From positions 1 through 54,408 of the forward strand of contig CAZTOB010000002.1 in the NCBI GenBank assembly GCA_964615425.1: 54,408 nt of DNA, given 5' to 3'. Numbering within the stretch: position 1 is the first letter of the stretch; the number at the start of each line of letters is the position of its first letter. Made by a program: the position numbers and the translations under genes. The stretch comes from an uncultured Candidatus Saccharibacteria bacterium (GTDB lineage Bacteria > Patescibacteriota > Minisyncoccia > Minisyncoccales > CAYTKG01). The notes below the pieces were generated by a model. It was not told where the DNA came from and made no database searches. It saw only the letters and a list, made by a program, of their open reading frames with translations. This document shows positions 17,942-25,689 of the stretch, piece by piece.

Positions 17942-18934
17942 ATGAAAAAATTTTTAATAATCCCCGGAGTAGTTTTTCTTCTCCTTTTTAGTTTCTTCTT
18001 TGTGGGGAAAGCACCACAAAAAGAAGTAAAATGGGGAGTTAACTATTCTTCCAAACACGCCCGTCAGTTGGGACTGGATCACCGAGAAACTTACCTCGCT
18101 ATTTTAAATGACTTAAAACCGGAAAGGATAAAGATGGCGACTCATTGGGACGAATTGGAGCCCGAAGAAAACGAATTTCATTTTACCGAGTTGGATTGGA
18201 TGATAAAAAAAGCGAAAGAAGAAAACACAAAAATACTTTTAGTGGTAGGGATGAAAACCCCCCGCTGGCCCGAGTGCCACGTTCCCCTGTGGGCTCAAGG
18301 CCTTTCAACTGAAAAAAGGGAAGAAAAAGTCAGACGCCTAATAAAAAAAGTAGTTTCCAGATACAGCGAGGAGGAAGCTATCTGGGCCTTTCAAATTGAA
18401 AACGAACCTTTTCTTAACTTCGGAATCTGCCCGCAAAGAGGAAAAGATTTTCTCAAAAAAGAAGTAGCTTTGGCCCGGTCCTTAACCGATAAGACAATTG
18501 TTGTTTCAGACAGCGGAGAATGGTCTTTCTGGACCAGAGCAGCTAAAGCGGGAGACATAGTGGCTACCACTATTTACCGGCGGGTTTGGTTTGATAAAAC
18601 AGAAAGGTATGCTACTTATCCCTTACCCCCTGTTTTTTACTGGCGAAAATCTCTCATTGTCCGCACTTTATTCAATAAAGAAGTTTTCTGCGGAGAACTG
18701 CAGGCAGAGCCTTGGGGTCCAGTTCTTTTGTATGATCTTCCAAGAAGCGAGCAGCAAAAAACCATGAATCTTGAACTTTTCGAAAATGTTTTAAATTACG
18801 CCCGAAAAACAGGCCTGAAAGAACACTACTTGTGGGGAACAGAATGGTGGTACTGGCTTAAAATTAAAGAAAACGACCCCTCTTTCTGGAACAAGGTTCA
18901 AGTTTTGCTTGAAAATTCAAGAGAGGTGGAATAA
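17942..18934 (+). CDS. Secreted/anchored clan GH-A (TIM-barrel) glycoside hydrolase, GH5/GH42-like
   Basis: It has an N-terminal signal/anchor (MKKFLIIPGVVFLLLFSFFFV) and an IENEP acid/base motif. I chose the ATG at 17942, just after the upstream stop. Confidence 0.55.
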   Translation: MKKFLIIPGVVFLLLFSFFFVGKAPQKEVKWGVNYSSKHARQLGLDHRETYLAILNDLKPERIKMATHWDELEPEENEFHFTELDWMIKKAKEENTKILLVVGMKTPRWPECHVPLWAQGLSTEKREEKVRRLIKKVVSRYSEEEAIWAFQIENEPFLNFGICPQRGKDFLKKEVALARSLTDKTIVVSDSGEWSFWTRAAKAGDIVATTIYRRVWFDKTERYATYPLPPVFYWRKSLIVRTLFNKEVFCGELQAEPWGPVLLYDLPRSEQQKTMNLELFENVLNYARKTGLKEHYLWGTEWWYWLKIKENDPSFWNKVQVLLENSREVE

Positions 18935-18948
18935 AATAAGGAAAGGGA

Positions 18949-19032
18949 GCCGCGGTGGCGGAACTGGCAGACGCGATGGATTCAAAATCCATTGGAGGCA
19001 ACTCCATGAGGGTTCGATTCCCTCCCGCGGCA
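18949..19032 (+). tRNA. tRNA-Leu(CAA)
   Basis: The cloverleaf was folded by hand. The acceptor stem is GCCGCGG/CCGCGGC, the anticodon loop is UUCAAAA, there is a long variable arm (GGAGGCAACUCC) and the T-loop is GGGUUCGAUUCCC. No CCA is encoded. Confidence 0.9.
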
Positions 19033-19055
19033 CCCATAATTAAATAAGAAAATCT

Positions 19056-19358
19056 ATGCCTATCAAAAAAGAACCAATTGACCTCTCTCAACCTGAAGAA
19101 GCAGGAAGCGAAAAGGAAGAAAAAAATGAACTTTCTTTCTCCCGATCTCTAGAAGACTCAAAGGTCGTAAAATACATTATTCAAAATACCGGAAAAACTA
19201 TCGATACCCCTAAAAAAGCTCTTTTTGTAGTAGTAGGGGTAAGTTTTTTACTGATCGGTCTTTCACTTTTCTTTGTTATCGCTCGACCTGCATTAACAAC
19301 TCTTGGGGAAAATAACGATTCTTCTCGTCCGGGAATAAAACTTGAATATGGAAGATAA
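19056..19358 (+). CDS. Small single-TM protein, unknown function
   Basis: 100 aa with an acidic N-terminus and one TM helix (ALFVVVGVSFLLIGLSLFFVIA). It is co-oriented with the downstream pilin gene. Confidence 0.5.
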   Translation: MPIKKEPIDLSQPEEAGSEKEEKNELSFSRSLEDSKVVKYIIQNTGKTIDTPKKALFVVVGVSFLLIGLSLFFVIARPALTTLGENNDSSRPGIKLEYGR

Positions 19359-19842
19359 AAAGCAAAAAGGATTCACTTTGGTAGAACTCTTACTGGTCAC
19401 AGCTTTGATTAGCCTTTTTGGAAGCACCATCATGATCACTTTTCAAACCATTAAAAGGCGGGCAGAAGCACAAAGGGCTCAACTTCAAATGCGTCAACTT
19501 GTTTACAAAATAGAAATAGAAAGATTAGACGAAGATGAAGTTTTAAAAGAAATAACCGGCAGCGACTGTTCCCAGTGCCCTTGTGAAGTGGAAATTGATT
19601 TAAGAGATCCAAGCTCAACATGTCGAAGCTCAATGCAAAACGCTCTTAGTGCAATAAAGGCTAGAATGATAGAAGATCCATGGGGAAATTTTACTTACTT
19701 CATTGAAGAGGGAGAGCTGGTAGAAGGAGATGACGACTGCACCAAAGACGTAATAAGGTCGGCTGGCCCGGATAGAGAACTTAAAACGTCAGATGACTTT
19801 TACATGGAAGTTCCTCTTTTCTCCAATCAATGCACCGACTGA
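19348..19842 (+). CDS. Type IV pilin / GspG-like pseudopilin (prepilin N-terminal cleavage/methylation motif)
   Basis: The leader MEDKKQKG|FTLVELLLVTALISL is a prepilin motif, and DPWGNFTY is a GspG-like motif. I prefer the ATG at 19348 over the TTG at 19342. Confidence 0.85.
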   Translation: MEDKKQKGFTLVELLLVTALISLFGSTIMITFQTIKRRAEAQRAQLQMRQLVYKIEIERLDEDEVLKEITGSDCSQCPCEVEIDLRDPSSTCRSSMQNALSAIKARMIEDPWGNFTYFIEEGELVEGDDDCTKDVIRSAGPDRELKTSDDFYMEVPLFSNQCTD

Positions 19843-20363
19843 AAGGTCACAAGATTTGAGATTATGGCCGCAATTGCTCCAACAAACCAACCGGCCAAGA
19901 CATCTAAAGGCCAGTGGACCCCAACCCCGACTCTTCCTAAAGATATTAAAACGCTTCCCAAAACAAAGGGAAGCGCTTTTTTACCCAAAGAAAGAAGAAG
20001 AACAAAAGCAAGGGAAGAGTAAAAAGAAGCATGCCCGGAGGGAAAACCAAAACTTCTAAAAAGGGGGATAAACTTTACTCCCTCTCCGGTAATAAAAGGT
20101 CTTGGTCTTTTAATAAGAAAGCGGAAAAGAGGTACTAAAATACCACGGGAAAGGCCTCCCGCGAAAAAAAGATTAAAAGCCAATTTGTTTTTTATCTTTT
20201 TTTCTGAGAAAACGATAAAAAACACTCCTGCTAGAAAAAATATCTCCAAATAGCGGGCGCAAAAAATAAAAAACTTGCGCCAAAATAAACTTTTTCGCGC
20301 CAACCCGTTCACCTTGTCAAATAAAAATTTATCAGCTGCGTAAATCGTTTTTAAAAACTTCAT
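19827..20363 (-). CDS. PAP2-family membrane phosphatase (undecaprenyl-diphosphatase-like)
   Basis: The PAP2 motifs are present: KRPRP, PSGH and GRVGVGVHWPLDV. Confidence 0.85.
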   Translation of the reverse strand: MKFLKTIYAADKFLFDKVNGLARKSLFWRKFFIFCARYLEIFFLAGVFFIVFSEKKIKNKLAFNLFFAGGLSRGILVPLFRFLIKRPRPFITGEGVKFIPLFRSFGFPSGHASFYSSLAFVLLLSLGKKALPFVLGSVLISLGRVGVGVHWPLDVLAGWFVGAIAAIISNLVTFQSVH

Positions 20364-20940
20364 AACCTGATCCTTTTCTAATTATCTTGAAAGGACGACG
20401 AGTAAGATCCACCACCGTAGAGGCTTCTTTTCTCACCAACTTCCCTGCGTCCATAATGATATCGGGTGAAAAATCTCCGTCTTTGAAAATTTCTTGGGCT
20501 GACTTAAAACTTCTAGCCGCCCCTTCACCACTAACATTGGCTGAAGTTTGCGCCAAGGGAACGTCTGTTTCTTTAAAAATTTCCCGAAACAATCCGTGTT
20601 CCGGAATTCTGATTCCTATCGTTTTTTTAGTGCCCACTCCCTCGGGAAAATCAACTTTCTTTTTTAAAACAAAGGTGAACTCCCCCGGCCAATATTTCTT
20701 TAAAATATCCTCCCTGCCTTCCGTCTTGGCAATTTTCCCAGCCGCTGCCACGCTGCCCACGAAAACACCGATGGGTTTTCTTTTTGATCTTTTTTTTATT
20801 CTAAAGATTTTATCCACCGCTTTTTCACTCAAGGCGTTGGCAAAAAGGCCGTAGACGGTGTCGGTGGGTAAAACCACCACCCCTTCCGAGTTTAAAACTT
20901 CAAGACACCTTTTTATCTCACCTCTTTCAATTTTTCTCAT
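20332..20940 (-). CDS. tsaC: L-threonylcarbamoyladenylate synthase (YrdC/TsaC/Sua5 family, YrdC domain only)
   Basis: VVVLPTDTVYGL and the SANVSG motif are present. The ATG at 20938-20940 is preferred over the TTG at 20955. Confidence 0.85.
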   Translation of the reverse strand: MRKIERGEIKRCLEVLNSEGVVVLPTDTVYGLFANALSEKAVDKIFRIKKRSKRKPIGVFVGSVAAAGKIAKTEGREDILKKYWPGEFTFVLKKKVDFPEGVGTKKTIGIRIPEHGLFREIFKETDVPLAQTSANVSGEGAARSFKSAQEIFKDGDFSPDIIMDAGKLVRKEASTVVDLTRRPFKIIRKGSGYEVFKNDLRS

Positions 20941-21850
20941 AACTTTCCAAAGCAATCCTTAGCGCTCCCTTAACCACTTCTTCCTTGGGTTCTAAAAACT
21001 CAACCCGACTTACATTCTTTTCAATCATTTCTTTCGTTTTTTGCAAAACAATACGTGACTTAAACATCCCTCCGACCAAAACCAGAGGAAATTTCTCCTC
21101 TTCGAAGTTTAATTCTCGAATAACAGTTAAGGCAGAAAGGGCCAGCTCTTCTCCGGCCCTTTGAAGAATAAACACGGCGGTTTCATCTCCCCGGGAAGCC
21201 GCCTCATCACAAAAAACGGAAAAACGAGGCACGAATAAAGTAGGAGGGGAGTTGTAAATCTCATCTAAAAGAATCTTTCTGCTTTTTACGCCAATCTCAT
21301 CAAAGGCGACCTCCGTGATCTTTGTGTCTTTTCCCCGGCCGTCAATATCTTTAAAGATCGCCTCCAAAGCAAGCCTCCCCACCCAGTAAGCTGATCCTTC
21401 ATCCGCTAAATATCCCCAGCCGTTTACTTTCACCTCTTTTTCCCCCCTCCAGCCTCTGGCCACCGCTCCCGTACCCGCAATCAAAACTACTCCTTCTTTA
21501 GAGTTTGTTCCCGCTCTAAAAGCCACCAGTTGGTCGCTTATTACCCTGGTTCTGTTCAAGAGAAATTCACTCAGCCCGTTTTCTCGTAAGAAATGTAGCA
21601 CCTCTTTTTTTAAATCGGGCTGTTCGGAAACGGCCGCCAACCCGATTATTATCTTCCCCACATTTTTTTCTTCCGGCATTATTTTGGAAACAGCCTCATA
21701 AATGTTTCGGGAAGCTTCACGTGATCCTAAGTTACGAGGAGAAGAAGGCCCCGCCTCAGCTTCTTTTATCGCCTTGCCGTTCAAATCAGCTAAAACCGCG
21801 CGGGTTCTCGTTCCTCCTCCGTCAACCCCGATTACAAATTCTTTTTTCAT
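20927..21850 (-). CDS. BadF/BadG/BcrA/BcrD-type ATPase (N-acetylglucosamine kinase-like)
   Basis: 307 aa with VIGVDGGGTRTR and IAGTGAV ASKHA-fold motifs. Confidence 0.75.
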   Translation of the reverse strand: MKKEFVIGVDGGGTRTRAVLADLNGKAIKEAEAGPSSPRNLGSREASRNIYEAVSKIMPEEKNVGKIIIGLAAVSEQPDLKKEVLHFLRENGLSEFLLNRTRVISDQLVAFRAGTNSKEGVVLIAGTGAVARGWRGEKEVKVNGWGYLADEGSAYWVGRLALEAIFKDIDGRGKDTKITEVAFDEIGVKSRKILLDEIYNSPPTLFVPRFSVFCDEAASRGDETAVFILQRAGEELALSALTVIRELNFEEEKFPLVLVGGMFKSRIVLQKTKEMIEKNVSRVEFLEPKEEVVKGALRIALESYEKN

Positions 21851-22770
21851 GGTTTAAATACATTAAAAGTTACATCTCCTTCTTCATTGGCATATTTTTT
21901 CGTAAGTTTTTTTGCTTTTTTCAAAGCCTCCTTCTTTATCTTGTTATTGTAAGACCTGATTAGGGTAGTGGGGCCGGGGGTATCTTCAAGTTCTACAAGC
22001 AAATCTTTCTCCCTGGCCAATTTTTTTATCTCAAGATTTTCCTCGTGATCTCTTCCCACGATTATCTTAACATCTCCGCACCAAAAATGCCTACCTAGTT
22101 TTAAAAGCAAAACATCACTTTCTTCAGGCTCTGATTTATTCATCAAGTTCTTAAAACGCTGAGCAAATTCTTTCTCGCACAAAATACAACCGCCTGCAGG
22201 ATGAGGATATTCTTTGATCCCCCACCGCTTAGCCAATTCAATTTGTTTTTTTCTACTTCTTCCCTTAATAGAAAAAAGTTCTTCCCTTTCAACCCATCCT
22301 TTTTTCTCCGGAACTGTAGTTTCAAGTTGAAGAGCGGAAAGAGGACGAAGTAAAAAACCGTTCAAGCTCGATTCTTTTTTAATAAGATCCATTGCTTTTT
22401 TGTTCTGACTCATCGGCCTTTCTCCCAAAACTTCGCCTGTGGCTACAAAGTCGAAACCTTCTTTGTCCATCATTTCTTTTGCTTTTTTAAGCATTAAAAG
22501 ATGACAATCAATACAAGGATTAACCCCCGACCCTCTCCCAAAACGAGGGTTTTTTACAATTTCCAAATGTTCTTTTGAAATATCAACGACCTCTAAAAAA
22601 AAACCTAACCTCCGAGCGGAGTTTTTAGCTTCTTGGCTAGAGAAGAAATAGCTTGTAAAGGAAACCAAATGAACCTCCACCCCCTGCCTTTTTAAGATCT
22701 CAACCACTAGAATAGAGTCAAGACCCCCTGAAAAAAGCACCAGCGCTTTTTTTTTCTTTTTACTTTTCAT
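21847..22770 (-). CDS. PP-loop ATP pyrophosphatase, MnmA/ThiI-like tRNA sulfurtransferase family
   Basis: It has the SGGLDS PP-loop (ALVLFSGGLDS), an NPCIDCH Cys pair and a later GGCILC pair. The exact subfamily is not resolved. Confidence 0.65.
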   Translation of the reverse strand: MKSKKKKKALVLFSGGLDSILVVEILKRQGVEVHLVSFTSYFFSSQEAKNSARRLGFFLEVVDISKEHLEIVKNPRFGRGSGVNPCIDCHLLMLKKAKEMMDKEGFDFVATGEVLGERPMSQNKKAMDLIKKESSLNGFLLRPLSALQLETTVPEKKGWVEREELFSIKGRSRKKQIELAKRWGIKEYPHPAGGCILCEKEFAQRFKNLMNKSEPEESDVLLLKLGRHFWCGDVKIIVGRDHEENLEIKKLAREKDLLVELEDTPGPTTLIRSYNNKIKKEALKKAKKLTKKYANEEGDVTFNVFKP

Positions 22771-22776
22771 TTTTTA

Positions 22777-22785
22777 ATTATATCA
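22777..22785 (-). promoter_or_regulatory. Extended -10 element (TGaTATAAT) placing the TSS on the A of the PP-loop gene's ATG (possible leaderless mRNA)
   Basis: The minus strand reads TTTGATATAATTAAAAAATG. The -10 ends 6 nt before the ATG at 22770, and no Shine-Dalgarno sequence is present. Confidence 0.4.
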
Positions 22786-22803
22786 AATTTATTCACTTCA
22801 AAG

Positions 22804-22830
22804 AAAAAAGCTCTCCCCGTGGGAGAGCTC
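22804..22830 (-). terminator. Intrinsic terminator of the candidate sRNA
   Basis: On the minus strand AGCUCUCC-CACG-GGAGAGCU is followed by UUUUUU. Confidence 0.8.
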
Positions 22831-22930
22831 GAATATAAGAAAAAAGAACAAAAAGTGCTAGTGCACCAGGGTGGAGATACGTGCTCCACGATCTTCTTCC
22901 AGCGTTATGCTTGTCCCCACCCCGATGCAC
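22804..22930 (-). ncRNA. Candidate stand-alone small RNA, about 127 nt, unknown class
   Basis: A perfect consensus promoter lies upstream. The 5' end forms a long hairpin (GUGCA..GGGGUGGGGA / UCUCCACCCU..UGCAC), followed by a U-rich linker and an intrinsic terminator. There is no ORF or RBS. Confidence 0.6.
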
Positions 22931-22934
22931 TTTT

Positions 22935-22963
22935 ATTATATTAAAACAAAATTGCCCTGTCAA
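22935..22963 (-). promoter_or_regulatory. Consensus sigma70 promoter (TTGACA-17-TATAAT)
   Basis: On the minus strand TTGACA lies at 22963-22958, followed by the 17-nt spacer GGGCAATTTTGTTTTAA and TATAAT at 22940-22935. Confidence 0.7.
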
Positions 22964-22975
22964 GAGCGTAAACCT

Positions 22976-24187
22976 TTATTTAAAAACCTGACCATCCTCC
23001 ACGTTGCGTGAAACTTTCACGTGGGGATAAACAACGACTTCTTTGCCGAGCAAAACCCCGGGCATCAAAGAAACGTTAACCCCTGTTTTAACACCCGACC
23101 CCAAAGCGCAGCCGAACTTCCTCCGCCGGGTATTTACCATTTTTCTTTTAACCTTGGCTTTTACTTCCTTGCCGTCAAAACGCAAGTTAGCCGTTATGGT
23201 GCCCGCCCCCAAAGAACACTCCCTTCCCAAAACGGAATCACCGACGTAGGAAAGATGAGAAACTCTACTTTTTTCTCCGAGAATCGAGTTTTTAATCTCA
23301 ACCGAATGACCTATCTTGCATCCATCCCTTACAACACTTCCTTCCCTGAGATAAGCATTGGGGCCCACAACCACGTTTTTGCCTATAAAAACCGGTCCCT
23401 CAATGCGAGTACCGCTTTTAATGAAAGCCCCCTTTCGAATTACAACCGGACCTACAATGTCAACGCCCTTATCCACGCTTCCTTCAATAAAAGACTCCTG
23501 TTTTTGAAAAAGAAGAAAATTGTTAATTGTTAAAACGTGCCAGGGGTAAGAAAGCGGAAACCAATTTTTAGCTTTTTTAAAATACAACTTGTTTTTCCGT
23601 GCAAAATCTCTCACCAAATCCGTTATCTCATATTCCCCCCTTTTTGATTTTTCAAAACTCTGGCTCAAAACTTCCTTGGGAAGAAAATATGCTCCAACGT
23701 TTGCCAGCCCGGGAGAAACTCTATCCGGTTTTTCAATTAAATCTCTTACGGAATCACCCTCAACAAACACCGCTCCAAAAGAGGATATATCATCCACCTC
23801 CTTGGTCAAGATGGAGGGAAATTTATCCGCTACTCGCTTAAGATCCGACGCTCCGTAAAAGTCATCCCCGTTTACAACCAAAAATCTGTCTTCAAGAAGA
23901 TTCTCGCACTGCCGAAGCGCATGAGCGGTGCCGAGACGCTTGTTTTGACTAACGTAATGAACCTTCATTTTTTCGTACTCTCCTCCGACTGTTTTTTTGA
24001 TTTTTTCTTCTCCCTCTCCCACTACTAAAATGGTTTCCTCAACAAAAGAGGAAAGATTTTTCAATTTTCTCTCCAAGATAGTGGAGGAAAGAAGGGGTGC
24101 AAGAACCTTTGGTTTCCCCGCAGAAACGGGCCACATCCGGGTTCCATCCCCCGCCGCCAGAACAACCGCTTGTTTAATTTTTTTCAT
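22976..24187 (-). CDS. Bifunctional sugar-1-phosphate nucleotidyltransferase / left-handed beta-helix acyltransferase (GlmU-like)
   Basis: VVLAAGDGTRMWP..GKPKVL marks the nucleotidyltransferase N-domain. The C-terminal half has hexapeptide repeats (VGPNAYLREGSVVRDGCKIGHSVEIKNS...). Confidence 0.8.
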   Translation of the reverse strand: MKKIKQAVVLAAGDGTRMWPVSAGKPKVLAPLLSSTILERKLKNLSSFVEETILVVGEGEEKIKKTVGGEYEKMKVHYVSQNKRLGTAHALRQCENLLEDRFLVVNGDDFYGASDLKRVADKFPSILTKEVDDISSFGAVFVEGDSVRDLIEKPDRVSPGLANVGAYFLPKEVLSQSFEKSKRGEYEITDLVRDFARKNKLYFKKAKNWFPLSYPWHVLTINNFLLFQKQESFIEGSVDKGVDIVGPVVIRKGAFIKSGTRIEGPVFIGKNVVVGPNAYLREGSVVRDGCKIGHSVEIKNSILGEKSRVSHLSYVGDSVLGRECSLGAGTITANLRFDGKEVKAKVKRKMVNTRRRKFGCALGSGVKTGVNVSLMPGVLLGKEVVVYPHVKVSRNVEDGQVFK

Positions 24188-25127
24188 AATATGAAAACAA
24201 AGTTTTGGCTACTTTTTCACTGTCATGCTCGATAGGGCCCTCATCCTTAACCAAGTCAAACCCGGCGAACCTCCCGTTTTCCCTTTTCGGCTTTACTAAA
24301 GAAGAAAGCTCAGGATGATTTTTTTTATAGTCTTCAACTCTTTTTTTATCCGGAAAATTATTATTAAAAAGAGCACGATCAACTTTTCTGCCAATCCAAT
24401 CTTCAACTTTAAAAACAAAATCTTCAACGGAAAAATTATCTGTTTCACCTTTTTTCGTCATTAGATTCACCAAATAAAAAACCTTCGCTTTTGTTTGTTG
24501 AAGAGCCTCGGAAATACCCTCGGGTAAAAGAACCTGGGCGATGGTGGAGTAAAGATCGCCCGGGCCGATTGTTACAATGTCCGCTTCTTTGATTTTTTCA
24601 AGCACCTTGTCGTAGGCTTTAGGCGAAGGGTCAAGAAAAACCCTTTCAATGCCAATCTTCGGGTTGTGTTTCGGACAATCTATATTCCCCTCTCCCTCCA
24701 CAAGTCTTCCGTTTTCCAGACGAGCATAAAGATTGGACTTTTCCAGGGTTACCGGCAATACCTCATGCTCCACGTTTAAAAACTTTTTCAACTCGTCAAT
24801 CGTTTTTTCATAATCATTAAGATTCAACTCCAAGGCGGTGATTAAAAGATTGGCAAAATTGTGTCCAGCCAGCTCCCCCATTTCAAATCTAAAATCAAAA
24901 AGCTCCTCCATAACGGGGGAGGTATTGGCTAAAGCAAGAAGAGCCCTGCGAAGATCTCCGGGGGCCCTTATTCCATAGTCTTTTCTCAACCTGCCGGAGG
25001 AACCGCCGGTGTCAAACATAGCACACACCGCCGTCACTTCGGCCGGTTTCTTTTTAACGCCTGAAAGAACCGCCTTCGGCATACCGTTTCCTCCTCCAAA
25101 ACAGACTATTTTCGCAGGTTTCTTCAT
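24174..25127 (-). CDS. yvcK: YvcK/CofD-family protein (gluconeogenesis factor-like)
   Basis: IVCFGGGNG, FDTGGSSGRLR, GHNFANLL, GPGDLYSTI and LMTKKGETD match the YvcK pattern. Confidence 0.8.
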   Translation of the reverse strand: MKKPAKIVCFGGGNGMPKAVLSGVKKKPAEVTAVCAMFDTGGSSGRLRKDYGIRAPGDLRRALLALANTSPVMEELFDFRFEMGELAGHNFANLLITALELNLNDYEKTIDELKKFLNVEHEVLPVTLEKSNLYARLENGRLVEGEGNIDCPKHNPKIGIERVFLDPSPKAYDKVLEKIKEADIVTIGPGDLYSTIAQVLLPEGISEALQQTKAKVFYLVNLMTKKGETDNFSVEDFVFKVEDWIGRKVDRALFNNNFPDKKRVEDYKKNHPELSSLVKPKRENGRFAGFDLVKDEGPIEHDSEKVAKTLFSYYEKN

Positions 25128-25687
25128 CGAGCAAGATTAAAAGCTTTTTCGTTAAGATCTTGATATTTTTCTGGAACGTTTTCTAAAACCGCTTTTAAAA
25201 GATGATCCGGTTTAAGAGGAATAATATCCTTAAAAGAAGCAAAAGCTAAAAGGTAAACACCGGCAACGATCTCGTTTCCCAACTCCTTTTTACATTTCGA
25301 AGAAGCAGGAATAATTTTCATCTCAACATCCAGTTTTTCAAACTCTTTTTCTATTTCCTTTTTATTTAAACCACCTTCAAAAGAAACCACCTTGTCATCG
25401 ACCAAGACCTTTGTTTCGCTTCCGGTAAAAGAAAGAGTTCTCAACGCCTCGTTAAGCTCGAGAGACAAAATCAAATCCGCCTTACCGGCGCCAATCAAGG
25501 GAGAATGAACCTCCTTTCCCATCCGCACGTGAGCTTGAACGGTTCCTCCTTTTTGACTCAACCCGTGGAGTTCGGAAGTTCTAACCATCAACCCTTGTTT
25601 TAAAGCCCCGTCGGCAAGAATACGCAAAAGAGTAATCACCCCCTGTCCCCCCACTCCGGATAAAATAATGTTAAAGTTTTTATTCAT
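25124..25687 (-). CDS. iorB: Indolepyruvate/2-oxoacid:ferredoxin oxidoreductase, beta (gamma-like) subunit
   Basis: 187 aa with ILSGVGGQGVITL. It lies immediately downstream of the TPP subunit. Confidence 0.75.
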   Translation of the reverse strand: MNKNFNIILSGVGGQGVITLLRILADGALKQGLMVRTSELHGLSQKGGTVQAHVRMGKEVHSPLIGAGKADLILSLELNEALRTLSFTGSETKVLVDDKVVSFEGGLNKKEIEKEFEKLDVEMKIIPASSKCKKELGNEIVAGVYLLAFASFKDIIPLKPDHLLKAVLENVPEKYQDLNEKAFNLAR

Positions 25688-25689
25688 AA

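Noticed and set aside
18864-19091. A 75-aa minus-strand ORF spanning the spacer after the glycosidase gene.
   Set aside because: It runs antisense through the tRNA-Leu(CAA) gene, which explains the region.
22804-22930. I tried to identify the two candidate RNAs (also 37378-37548) as SRP RNA, 6S RNA, tmRNA or RNase P RNA.
   Set aside because: I found no GGAA-tetraloop/AGCA symmetric-loop SRP helix 8 and no tRNA-like T-arm or tag ORF. The RNase P CR-I/CR-V strings (GAGGAAAGUCC, ACAGAA..GGCUUA) are absent, and the fold is not a 6S-type rod with a central bubble. This was a by-eye check, so a covariance-model scan is still needed.
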